Shown: positions 1 to 8,582, counted from the first letter of the stretch. The stretch is 32,136 nucleotides of DNA from Oligoflexales bacterium (GCA_045105515.1 JBGCDR010000400.1:1-32136); one strand, 5' to 3'. Notes: generated by a model not told the origin, from the sequence alone. Numbers and translations: made by a program.

Positions 1-52
1 AGATTCTTATCGTAAATCATTCAATAATGTTGCTGATTCAATATTAAGCTGA
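1..52 (+). CDS. istB: 3' end of IS21-family IstB helper ATPase (partial, truncated by window start)
   Basis: The frame starting at base 2 reads DSYRKSFNNVADSILS*. DSYRK fits the conserved G[DE]SYR C-terminal motif of IstB, and IS21-type end repeats follow directly. Confidence 0.6.
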   Translation, partial: DSYRKSFNNVADSILS

Positions 53-138
53 TAGGAGATTTTTAAGGTCGTCGCCTATGGCTCCGTGGTGGGTCAGTTT
101 TACATGACTGGGTGGGTCAAATTGGACATGACCGAGCA
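1..138 (+). mobile_element. Right end of an IS21-family insertion sequence
   Basis: Two direct repeats, GGTGGGTCAGTTTTACATGAC (88-108) and GGTGGGTCAAATTGGACATGAC (111-132), are followed by a terminal CA at 137-138. The reverse complement starts TGCTCGGTCATGTCCAATTTGACCCACC. This matches the multiple-repeat, TG...CA ends of IS21 elements and lies downstream of an istB-like tail. Confidence 0.7.
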
Positions 139-477
139 TCAATATCACATCACTGCAAAAATATCTTATCTAAAGCTTACTTAGATCAAGCTTCAGCATT
201 TTGCTATAGTAACTCTTTAAATTAAATAGAGGTGGAAATAAAATTGTTGCCCTCAGGATTTTTTTCAATGTAGCTGTGCTATTTTGTCATTGGAAAACAG
301 CGTTTTCTTTCCACATAGCCTGAGAGGACGACCATCCTGAAAATCTTAAGGCTCCCGGTAGATTCCCTGGGGATTGAAGACAAGCAAAATGGCAGATTTC
401 CTTAATATTTAAAACAAAGTCAAAAAGATGAGAGTCTGAAAAATACCTAAGCCTCTGCTAAGTTAAACATTAAACCT

Positions 478-1080
478 TTAAGTCTGCTTGCTTACCAATT
501 TTACCGGTGGGAAGTATTTGGTTACATCGAAGATGGTCAGCATAAACATTTGCTGTTCTCCAATCTCACTAATCATTGCTGGAATAACTTTTCCGTAAAT
601 TTTTCTTCCCTGAGTACTAATGAACTCAATTTCTTGTAATTTCTCTGTTTCAGCACAAGTTTTCAATACTAAATGTAGTGCATCTGAATCTACAATATTT
701 GATGTAAAAGCACATATATTCTTGTGGTTTAAGTCATTATTTCCCAAACTCAATAGCTTCTGAGATGCTATATTTGACTGAAGGATATAGCCTTTAGTGT
801 CAACGATTAAATAGCCCGCTGGGGAATACTCAAACAAATGAAAATAAAGATCCCGCATCTTTTCCAAATCGGAATTTGCGTTTTGGAGATCTTCTTTTTG
901 CATCCTCAACTCTAGTTGATAAAGTTCTAATTCAGACACAATGCGTCGTACCTCTTCCTTTGAAAGGTTGTCAAGATTTGCAAATGATTTTTCATGAAAA
1001 TATTTGCGAGTCCCAAGATAATCAAAGATTTGATGCCGAGTTTCAGTTCTTTTTTCGTATTTGATTTTACTTTCAATCAT
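478..1080 (-). CDS. Stand-alone PAS-domain sensor protein with N-terminal coiled coil
   Basis: ELELYQLELRMQKEDL coiled coil, then YFHLFEYSPAGYLIVDTKGYILQSN...DVT (PAS signature). The ATG at 1080 has AAGG upstream and is preferred over the ORF-track start at 1176. Confidence 0.8.
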   Translation of the reverse strand: MIESKIKYEKRTETRHQIFDYLGTRKYFHEKSFANLDNLSKEEVRRIVSELELYQLELRMQKEDLQNANSDLEKMRDLYFHLFEYSPAGYLIVDTKGYILQSNIASQKLLSLGNNDLNHKNICAFTSNIVDSDALHLVLKTCAETEKLQEIEFISTQGRKIYGKVIPAMISEIGEQQMFMLTIFDVTKYFPPVKLVSKQT

Positions 1081-1473
1081 ACTGACCTTTGCTAGTCTTG
1101 AAAGCTCTATTTGAAGTAGCACAAGACTTTGAATTAAATGCTTTTCGGAGTGCCGGGTAGGTCTCAATAAGTCCACAGTTTCATCGATTTATAAATATAG
1201 AACAACCCTAGAAATTACTTGATTAATACTTAAAACTACGTGTGATCATCGGATTTTTGACCTACTTTAAACTTTTAATCTTAGCTCAGAACTTAAGCAG
1301 CCATAAGAACTAGGTTCCAACTTTAGTATAGTCTTTTAAATTTCTGCAAATCGAGCAAACCTAGGAATTGCTTTATTAATACCAAAGAACCTACGTATTC
1401 TTGAAAAGGGTCAATACACAAGCGCAATTCAAAGTGCATAGGGTGATGTAAACATGCAAATTTTCAGTGCTGT

Positions 1474-2901
1474 TTATTGTTCAACTTTTTTTGCCCAAGA
1501 AGAATAGTAGTGGGGGAATAATTCGAAAATTAAGTCATCTTTTTCCTTAATTGAAAGATGTTGCAGACCACTTTGAATTTGTATTCCATCAAGAAGTTCA
1601 AACATTCCGTTAAGAGCTGAATCCAGATGTGTATGTGGGCTGGTAAGATTTCCTGTGATCCGCATAGACGCCTCCTGTTTGTGCAGCCATGCGATTATTA
1701 GCTCCATTTTTTTATGTGGCATGTGCCGATAGCCATAGCCATCTAGTAGCTTATTGAAAACATAAGCCATGATTGCACCGCTTTCATGGCATTCTTGAAT
1801 AAGATATCCTTCATAATCTGAGCTATTTAATTCATAGGTGAAAGTTGATCCAAGAATCTCGGCGACAAGTGAGTCATACTTCTTTGAAATACTAAGCTGA
1901 AAGCTTGAGGTCTCATATTTGAGACTGGGCGTATTTACGTCACGGTTCTGATGGCCATGTGTTTGTCCTGAGAGTAATAAAGCAGGGTTAAGTTGCTGTC
2001 TAAAGCTGAGACTGTAGTAAGAAATAAGATCAGCGAAACCTTCGTTAAACCCATTGTTTATGCGGGAAAATTGCTGATGATACATTAGTCTTTTACTAGG
2101 GTATTCTACGCTGGGTCCATAGGTATGAAAAATATGGTGACCATATTCATGTGAAAAAACTCCAGGGGTTTCCCAAAATCTTAATTTATTTGAATCCTCC
2201 CACTCCAGACTGTGTGGAAGTATGGTTATAATTTGAAAAGACCCTAAATCAGCCCAAAAAGCATTGTCCACGTAGTATTTTTTTAAGTAGAGGCTTTCCA
2301 TTGCGAATAGCTTAGGATGTACTATTAGTTTTATTTTATTTAAGCTTTTCTTGGTACCAGGTTTAAGTTGCAAGATATTGTGAACCCTGTTTGTTTCATT
2401 TATTGCGACAAATGCAGCAAGCGCCGCGTTTTCAATAGAATCTGCTCGGTAGCCTCCATCTTCCCTACAAAAATTGATCCTCTTAAAGACTCCATTTTTG
2501 TGCTCTTCTTTGATGGCGTTAAGCGCTCGCTTATCTTTGAACTGGGATGCAAATTGAGGTTTGCTATTTAAGGTAAACTGGCGCTGGTCAATATCCTGCT
2601 CACTGTACAATGCTTCACTTATGGCTGTACTTTCAAGCCCAGCCCTTGAAACATTTGAAAGATCGAAGACTTGTTTATTTAGCTCGCCATTTTTGTCAAT
2701 CATCCAGATGGTAACTTGATTAGAAAATTTTGGTTTTGTACTACCTAAATCACAGTCTGGGTCGTCGAGTTCAAAAGCCTGGGGGGTTCCAATAGTCGGA
2801 AATTTTACTTCTTTACGTTCATTTGGTTTAAACATGTAGCCACAAGAGGACATGAAGAACAAAACAGAAAAATATGTGGTCAAGAATAATCTTGTTTGCA
2901 T
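1474..2901 (-). CDS. Lipoprotein zinc metalloprotease, gluzincin (M4/M36-like)
   Basis: Lipobox FMSSC, DNAFW, HEYGH zinc motif, downstream NEGFAD third-ligand motif and ECHESG segment, as in thermolysin/fungalysin-type peptidases. Confidence 0.8.
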   Translation of the reverse strand: MQTRLFLTTYFSVLFFMSSCGYMFKPNERKEVKFPTIGTPQAFELDDPDCDLGSTKPKFSNQVTIWMIDKNGELNKQVFDLSNVSRAGLESTAISEALYSEQDIDQRQFTLNSKPQFASQFKDKRALNAIKEEHKNGVFKRINFCREDGGYRADSIENAALAAFVAINETNRVHNILQLKPGTKKSLNKIKLIVHPKLFAMESLYLKKYYVDNAFWADLGSFQIITILPHSLEWEDSNKLRFWETPGVFSHEYGHHIFHTYGPSVEYPSKRLMYHQQFSRINNGFNEGFADLISYYSLSFRQQLNPALLLSGQTHGHQNRDVNTPSLKYETSSFQLSISKKYDSLVAEILGSTFTYELNSSDYEGYLIQECHESGAIMAYVFNKLLDGYGYRHMPHKKMELIIAWLHKQEASMRITGNLTSPHTHLDSALNGMFELLDGIQIQSGLQHLSIKEKDDLIFELFPHYYSSWAKKVEQ

Positions 2902-3108
2902 GTTGAACTTCCTCTAGTTTCTCTTTTCTCGATAAGGGATATTTTTGAACTACAACCAAACTTACTTCCTAGCCAATTGCATGACCTAGTGCAAGTCTTG
3001 AATAAGAGTGTTCGCTGTACAACTTTTAGGGGTGTGGATTTTTATGCGAACGAGCTTGGAGGTGGGCTCTATAATAATCTGATATTTTAGAACATTTTTT
3101 ATTTTCAA

Positions 3109-3135
3109 TTAATCTTCTTCTTAATAGGTCGATAA
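3109..3135 (+). promoter_or_regulatory. Possible sigma28 (FliA) promoter for the REC-TPR gene
   Basis: TTAA-N15-GTCGATAA versus consensus TAAA-N15-GCCGATAA, 26 nt upstream of the start codon. Confidence 0.4.
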
Positions 3136-3161
3136 GGCGAGATGACACCAGTCTTGCAGGA

Positions 3162-4376
3162 GTGGCGGTGAGTTTAGCTCAAGAATTTAATCTTAATATA
3201 CCTTCGTCTTTACTAGATAATGATCGTATCATTGTGGCCGATTCACAGCAAGACATGCGAATGATCATTGTTCACCAGCTGCAAAAACTTCAATTTAAAC
3301 AAATTATTCAGTGCCGAGATGGAATGGAAGTTCTCAACGAACTTAAGAAGCAGGACGTCGCAGCTATCATTTGTACTATGGATCTGCCAGACATGGATGG
3401 GCTCGAGTTGCTAAGTGAAATTAGAGAGGATGTGGATATCAATAGACCACCTTTTTGCTTAAGTATGGGTCAGGTAAGCAAGGAAAGACTGATGCTTGCA
3501 GTGGAAACAGGTGTCGATGAGATCTTAGTAAAGCCATTTACGCTTGGAGATATTGTTCCCAAGCTGCGAAAGTCTTTTAAGACCTTTCATAATCCAAAGA
3601 ATCCCGAAAAAGTTTACGAGCTTGCCAAAGAAAAACTCCGCAGCCAGAGTGCAGACGAAGCCGAAAAAATATATACACGTTTGCGTGAATCAGCTCCTAA
3701 TACAGCCAGGCCACTTGTAGGATTGGCAAAGGTCTCTTTTGCTAAGAAAGAGTATGAGCAGGCCTTTAAGCTGCTAGAGTCAGCCCAGGAAAAGAACGAT
3801 CAGTATGTGCATATATTCAGTTTAAGAGGTGATATTTACCTTGAGCAAGGTGATTATGATCAAGGTATTGCTGCTTATCGGCATGGAATAGGCATGTCTC
3901 CCCTTAATCCCAACCGATATAAAAAAGCCGGTGAGGCTTTGTTTGGTCAAAGCAGGTATCAGGAAGCAGCAGATATTTTGAAAGGCGCCCTAACTAAAAA
4001 AGTTCATTTCAAAGAACTTTATGACTTTTTAAGTCAGGCTTGCTACAACTTAAAGGATTATGAAAGCTCAGCTAAATATATCAGACGTGCTGTGGAAAAG
4101 GAGCCTGATAACATCACCTACCTAAATCAACTAGCGTTGTCGTTGAAAGAATGCGGTGAACTTGATGAGGCTAAAAAATTTTACAATAAAGTAATAAAGC
4201 TAGATCCTGACAATAAGCAAGCTTTATTCAACAAAGCAATTATGCTTGCTCAAAGTGAAAAAGAACAAGATGCAATAAAGATCTTAGATAGGCTTGTAAA
4301 GAAATATCCAGACTTCGAAAAAGGCATCAAGAAGATCGAAGAATTGAAAGCCAAACTAGCTGAAGGGGGTGCTTGA
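3162..4376 (+). CDS. Atypical response-regulator receiver domain fused to tetratricopeptide repeats
   Basis: N-terminal REC fold (IIVADS...LPDMDGLELL...ILVKPF) followed by several TPR helices (e.g. YLNQLALSLKECGELDEAKKFYNKVIKLDPDN). Confidence 0.85.
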   Translation: MAVSLAQEFNLNIPSSLLDNDRIIVADSQQDMRMIIVHQLQKLQFKQIIQCRDGMEVLNELKKQDVAAIICTMDLPDMDGLELLSEIREDVDINRPPFCLSMGQVSKERLMLAVETGVDEILVKPFTLGDIVPKLRKSFKTFHNPKNPEKVYELAKEKLRSQSADEAEKIYTRLRESAPNTARPLVGLAKVSFAKKEYEQAFKLLESAQEKNDQYVHIFSLRGDIYLEQGDYDQGIAAYRHGIGMSPLNPNRYKKAGEALFGQSRYQEAADILKGALTKKVHFKELYDFLSQACYNLKDYESSAKYIRRAVEKEPDNITYLNQLALSLKECGELDEAKKFYNKVIKLDPDNKQALFNKAIMLAQSEKEQDAIKILDRLVKKYPDFEKGIKKIEELKAKLAEGGA

Positions 4377-4790
4377 TGAGGCTGCCCGAACGAACCTCAT
4401 CAAGCTATATTCAATTGTGCTGGTATCCTCTAACCTAGCACATGCTATAAGTTATCGTGTTTCAGTTTTAGATAATTAATTTTTTTATTAATGCACCGAT
4501 TTTTTTTGCAAAAATGAATCGTTTTACCCATCGTCAGCCATTTCCTTATTTGAGGCTTGTCCATAATTTCTGGTTCATCCCCAATCGCCATTGTCTTCTT
4601 GTGCTAAATCTACAGAAGGGAGGCTGACGAGGTCACCACCTGTGGTAAGATTCTTTCAAAGATTTTTAAACATGATTAAACAGAGAAAAAATGTGGAGTA
4701 AACTTGTTGGTGTGGTACTTTTTACAAAACATCTTATCCACTTATATTTATAAAAAGTGAAGTGAAGTTGCTGAGCAATTGGATGCAAAA

Positions 4791-5156
4791 TTAGCCCGAA
4801 AAGTTACCAATGATTTCCACAAGTACTTTTGGTTCAAAGGGTTTGACCATCCAACCATTAGCGCCCTTGCTTTTAGCTTCAGCAATTTTTTTAGGGTCAC
4901 CCTCGGTGGTAAGAACAAAGACTGGGATGTGATTGAAATCTTCGTTTTCCCGCATTTTTCCCAGCATTTCTAAACCATTCATTATTGGCATGTTAATATC
5001 CAATATGATGAATGTAAGATCAGTATTTTCCCCGATGGTCTTTAGGCCTTCTTCGCCATTTTCGGCTTCCAGAACTTCATAACCTTCTTTGTTGAGAATA
5101 AATGATGCCTGTTGCCTAATGGTCGCAGAATCATCAACAATCAAAACTTTTTTCAT
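4791..5156 (-). CDS. Single-domain CheY-like response regulator
   Basis: VLIVDDS, ILDINMP (phospho-Asp), LTTE and VKPF all present; 121 aa. Confidence 0.93.
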   Translation of the reverse strand: MKKVLIVDDSATIRQQASFILNKEGYEVLEAENGEEGLKTIGENTDLTFIILDINMPIMNGLEMLGKMRENEDFNHIPVFVLTTEGDPKKIAEAKSKGANGWMVKPFEPKVLVEIIGNFSG

Positions 5157-5185
5157 GATAGCAAGTCTCCCGCCTGTTTTTTATG

Positions 5186-5212
5186 CCATCGGCAGAAATC
5201 CCTGTATCTTTA
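5186..5212 (-). promoter_or_regulatory. Sigma28 (FliA) promoter of the CheY-like gene
   Basis: Minus strand reads TAAA-gatacagggatttct(15 nt)-GCCGATGG, matching TAAA-N15-GCCGATAA, about 30 nt upstream of the ATG. Confidence 0.7.
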
Positions 5213-5437
5213 GATTAGATAAGATATTTCAGAAATTTATAGAACATCTTTTCTGTTTATTTTCATTAATAAGTTCATTTTAAGCATCAATGTGGTTTGC
5301 TTGTTTGTTTTTCTTTTTGTTAAATTAGTATTGAAAAAAGCGTTTAAAATTTTTACATATCAAATCTATATACACTTTTATTAAATAATACACCTGAAAA
5401 AATCTAATGTTATAAAATACTTAGATTTATTATTGAA

Positions 5438-5454
5438 TTGGAGTAGATGTTGCA
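5438..5454 (+). promoter_or_regulatory. Putative sigma54 (-24/-12) promoter of the GNTD-repeat lipoprotein
   Basis: TTGGAGTAGATGTTGCA: GG(5440-41)-N10-GC(5452-53) with TTGCA at -12, about 55 nt upstream of the ATG. Confidence 0.5.
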
Positions 5455-5509
5455 TGATTTAAGATAGTTAAGGCTAATTCAAAGAATGGGTTTATAAGGG
5501 GCACAAACA

Positions 5510-6502
5510 ATGAATCTGAGATATTTTTCTTTATTACTAATAGTAAGCAGTTTTTTCGCATGTTCTAAGGCTAGTTTCATTGGGGAAGCTACAAAGGAAA
5601 AAAAGCCAGAAACAACTCCTGCCGCAGCAGGTGATGTGGAACCGGGAAATGACGCAGATGCTCAAGGGCAGAACCCCAATACTGATGATTCTGAAACCGA
5701 TGGTCATACAGATGATGTTGGCAATACAGATGATGTTGGCAATACAGATGCTGGCAATACAGATGCTGGTAACACAGACGCTGGCAATACAGATAGTGGC
5801 AATACAGATAGTGGCAATACAGACAGTGGCAATACTCATGAATGTGAAGATCCTAAGGATGTAGTCATCGATGCCTGTGAGCGCTATGAACTCTTTAGTT
5901 TGAAGCAAGAGCTATTTTATCCAGAAAGAGTAGATTGTAGTTTTAAGCCTATGCGCCATCACAAACATCACTACAAAGATAATCTTGATGATTTAACTTC
6001 TGGAAACCTACATCGTAAAGATCGTTATTTACAAGCGAGAGAGTGGCAAACTCGACAGGTAGAACTACCAAAAAATGCTGTAATTTGCGGAATGGAAATC
6101 GTTTCAAAACAAGATCAAATTCAATATGATGATTTTCTAATTTTTACCATTGATGACTACATACTCATGCTTAGCAATGATGAGCTTCTAAGAAAAATGC
6201 CGAAAAAAGATGGAGTTTACTATTGGAATTTTGATACCATTAAAGGCAAAAAATATGGTTTTGATGGTGATAGGTACTGTCTTGGGGATGACTCCAACTG
6301 TATGTTTCCTGGTCATGATAAGCAAGGAGCAGTAAACTTTTCAGTAGATACTGCTGCTATGGCTGCAGTATCAGCAAACTTACAGGGGCAAACCACTTAC
6401 AATTTTTCTGCAATTGCTACAGGTGATAATGATAACGAAGATTGTTGGCATACAGATCTTGAGTTAGATGTGAATATTCAATATGTGATTAAGCCTGATT
6501 AA
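5510..6502 (+). CDS. Lipoprotein with acidic GNTD-repeat linker and Cys-rich C-terminal domain of unknown function
   Basis: Signal peptide with lipobox FFAC, low-complexity repeat linker, globular C-terminal region with several Cys residues; RBS AAGGGG. Confidence 0.8.
   Translation: MNLRYFSLLLIVSSFFACSKASFIGEATKEKKPETTPAAAGDVEPGNDADAQGQNPNTDDSETDGHTDDVGNTDDVGNTDAGNTDAGNTDAGNTDSGNTDSGNTDSGNTHECEDPKDVVIDACERYELFSLKQELFYPERVDCSFKPMRHHKHHYKDNLDDLTSGNLHRKDRYLQAREWQTRQVELPKNAVICGMEIVSKQDQIQYDDFLIFTIDDYILMLSNDELLRKMPKKDGVYYWNFDTIKGKKYGFDGDRYCLGDDSNCMFPGHDKQGAVNFSVDTAAMAAVSANLQGQTTYNFSAIATGDNDNEDCWHTDLELDVNIQYVIKPD
5708..5836 (+). repeat. Coding tandem repeat (2 x 18 bp + 6 x 15 bp) encoding TD(DV/A/S)GN
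   Basis: ACAGATGATGTTGGCAAT x2, then ACAGA(T/C)(GCT/AGT)GG(C/T)AA(T/C) x6. Confidence 0.9.
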
Positions 6503-6955
6503 TTAAAGAGTTTGACAGAGCTTGCAGAAACCTTCTATCTGAATATGATGTTCACTGGGAAGGAAATGCATTCGCTCTCGGAGATACCACTGAATAGGAC
6601 TAAATATCGGATCTGGTATATGGACCTCTTTGCTAGACTTACAATTGGTACAAAAAGTCAGTAAGTGTGCTTGGGAACCACATTCCCGGTGTAAGCAAAG
6701 TAGATAACCTTCCCCTTGAATTTCATGAATCAGATTATTTTTTTTAAAGATTTCAATAGTGCGGTAAACAGAAGTGAGGTCTGCGGAACTTGTACCTTTT
6801 TCTGAAATACGTTGATAAATATCTTTATGGTTTAAGGGTCTATTACTTTGGCAAAAAGTATCGATTACAGCTTCTCTAGCCTTAGTCACCTTGAGCCCAC
6901 TTTTTTTGAGGGCTTTAATTGCTTTTTGGTGTTTTTCTGAGCTGTAACTATCCAT
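6503..6955 (-). CDS. zur: Fur-family transcriptional regulator, probably Zur
   Basis: GLKVT..R, SVYRT helix, CLH...H segment and two CxxC motifs (CTNC, CKLC); divergent from a His-rich zinc-binding protein operon. Confidence 0.85.
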   Translation of the reverse strand: MDSYSSEKHQKAIKALKKSGLKVTKAREAVIDTFCQSNRPLNHKDIYQRISEKGTSSADLTSVYRTIEIFKKNNLIHEIQGEGYLLCLHRECGSQAHLLTFCTNCKSSKEVHIPDPIFSPIQWYLRERMHFLPSEHHIQIEGFCKLCQTL

Positions 6956-7124
6956 TTTTATGAGCCTTAATTAGTTAGCTGCTAAATTTTTGCAATTATT
7001 GCTTGTCAAAGATAACAGGCTTAGCTATTCCTTGCTATGATATTCTTCAGGCGCAATTTGATTTTTTGCAAGTCGATAGAAATCAAAAGTTAAACTATAA
7101 ACAGCTTTATTTTAAAGAGGATAT

Positions 7125-7856
7125 ATGAAGGTTTTATCACTTTTTTCGGTTTTTTTGTTTTTTACTTTTAGTGGTAGCCAAGCTTTTGCTAGGCGTGATG
7201 TAAAAGCACATGTCCATGGAGAAGCTGAGCTAACCTTGGTATTAGATGGAAAAAATTTGCAGTTGGAAGCAAAGATTCCGATGAACGACTTAGTTGGATT
7301 TGAACATAAACCGAAATCGCAAAAGCAAAAAGATCTTTGGAAGCAAGCATCAGAAAAGTTAAAAAATGCCACTAGACAGTTAGAACTTCCTGATGATGCT
7401 GTTTGTTCTCTTAAGGAAGCAGACTTAGAAGATTTAGATCATCATCATGAACACGAGCACGACCAACATGGTCATCATCATGATAATCTCGATAAGCATG
7501 ATAAAGAACATAAACATGAAAAACACCATGAGCATCATGACAAGGATCATAAACGTAAGAAACATGGCGATCATCAAGACAAGCATGACAAGAATCACAA
7601 ACATAAGAAACATGACAAGCATGACAAGGATCATAAACATAAGAAACACGATGAACATCACGACGATGATCATGCCGATGTTAGGGTAAAGTATTTATTT
7701 CAGTGTAAAGACCCTACTAAAGTGAAGAAGATCCAGATTAAGTTTTTCAAAGATTTCCCGAGTTTGAAAAAAGTGAGTGCAAGTTTTGTTGGACCAAAAG
7801 GTCAGGGACACAAGCAACTAAGTTCATCTGACAACGTGATTATGCTATCTAAATAA
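7125..7856 (+). CDS. zrgA: DUF2796/ZrgA-family periplasmic zinc-binding protein with long His-rich insertion
   Basis: Signal peptide (AFA), AHVHG, P..DLVGFEH.P and H.D....Y.F.C motifs of DUF2796; His/Asp/Lys tract. Confidence 0.88.
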   Translation: MKVLSLFSVFLFFTFSGSQAFARRDVKAHVHGEAELTLVLDGKNLQLEAKIPMNDLVGFEHKPKSQKQKDLWKQASEKLKNATRQLELPDDAVCSLKEADLEDLDHHHEHEHDQHGHHHDNLDKHDKEHKHEKHHEHHDKDHKRKKHGDHQDKHDKNHKHKKHDKHDKDHKHKKHDEHHDDDHADVRVKYLFQCKDPTKVKKIQIKFFKDFPSLKKVSASFVGPKGQGHKQLSSSDNVIMLSK

Positions 7857-7871
7857 ACCTGTGAGAATCCT

Positions 7872-8549
7872 ATGTCTATCGAAATAAGCAAATTAGAATA
7901 CTCATGGAACGAAAAGGAACAGCCCATTTTAAAAATAGATGGTCTGAAGATAGCTGCTAAAGAGAAGGTTTTTATTCGAGGTCCAAGTGGCAGTGGTAAA
8001 ACCACCTTGCTTGGCTTGCTGGGAGGGGTATTGACACCCCAAAAAGGCGAAATCAAGATGGAAGGGACGGTACTCAATCACTTATCTGGCGCCCAGAGGG
8101 ATCGATTTAGAGCAGATCATGTTGGTTTCATCTTTCAGATGTTCAATCTATTGCCTTATCTTAATGTAGTTGAAAATGTAGGCTTAGCACTTAGATTCTC
8201 CGAACTTAAAAGAGAGAAAGTAAAGCCTCATGGAGTTCATGCAGAAACCAAGCGGCTGTTGGAAGCCTTAGGCCTAGGAGACCCAAGTCTCCATAATAAA
8301 GTTGTTTCTTCACTAAGTGTTGGACAGCAGCAACGAGTGGCAGTCGCAAGGGCTTTGATTGGGAATCCAGAACTTGTGATTGCGGATGAGCCAACATCTG
8401 CACTTGACGCTGATGCTCGTAGCGCTTTCTTGGAATTACTTTTCCACGAGTGTGAAAAAGCTGGATCTAAATTGATTTATGTTAGCCATGATAGAGAGGT
8501 GGGAGAGCGCTTCGACCGCTGTATTGGCATAGAAGAATTCAAACCTTGA
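7872..8549 (+). CDS. ABC transporter ATP-binding protein (LolD/MacB-like)
   Basis: Walker A GPSGSGKTT, signature LSVGQQQRVAVARAL, Walker B IADEPT, H-loop VSHD. Confidence 0.95.
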   Translation: MSIEISKLEYSWNEKEQPILKIDGLKIAAKEKVFIRGPSGSGKTTLLGLLGGVLTPQKGEIKMEGTVLNHLSGAQRDRFRADHVGFIFQMFNLLPYLNVVENVGLALRFSELKREKVKPHGVHAETKRLLEALGLGDPSLHNKVVSSLSVGQQQRVAVARALIGNPELVIADEPTSALDADARSAFLELLFHECEKAGSKLIYVSHDREVGERFDRCIGIEEFKP

Positions 8550-8582
8550 ACAAGTTTAAAAAAAAGCTGTTGGAATAAACAT

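Noticed and set aside
4445..4591. 48-codon minus-strand ORF starting MAIGDEPEIMD, faintly like a receiver-domain N-terminus
   Set aside because: Similarity is limited to about 10 residues, there is no RBS and the rest is low-complexity AT-rich sequence.
5708..5836. Tandem repeats considered as a CRISPR array
   Set aside because: The units are contiguous 15/18-mers without unique spacers, are in frame within a CDS, and no cas genes are present.
5537..5908. Alternative-frame ORFs over the GNTD repeat (5537-5908 minus, 5580-5864 plus)
   Set aside because: Shadow ORFs created by a stop-free tandem repeat inside a real gene.
7434..7689. Met-rich ORFs overlapping the His tract
   Set aside because: Frame-shifted and antisense readings of CAT/GAT-rich codons of zrgA.
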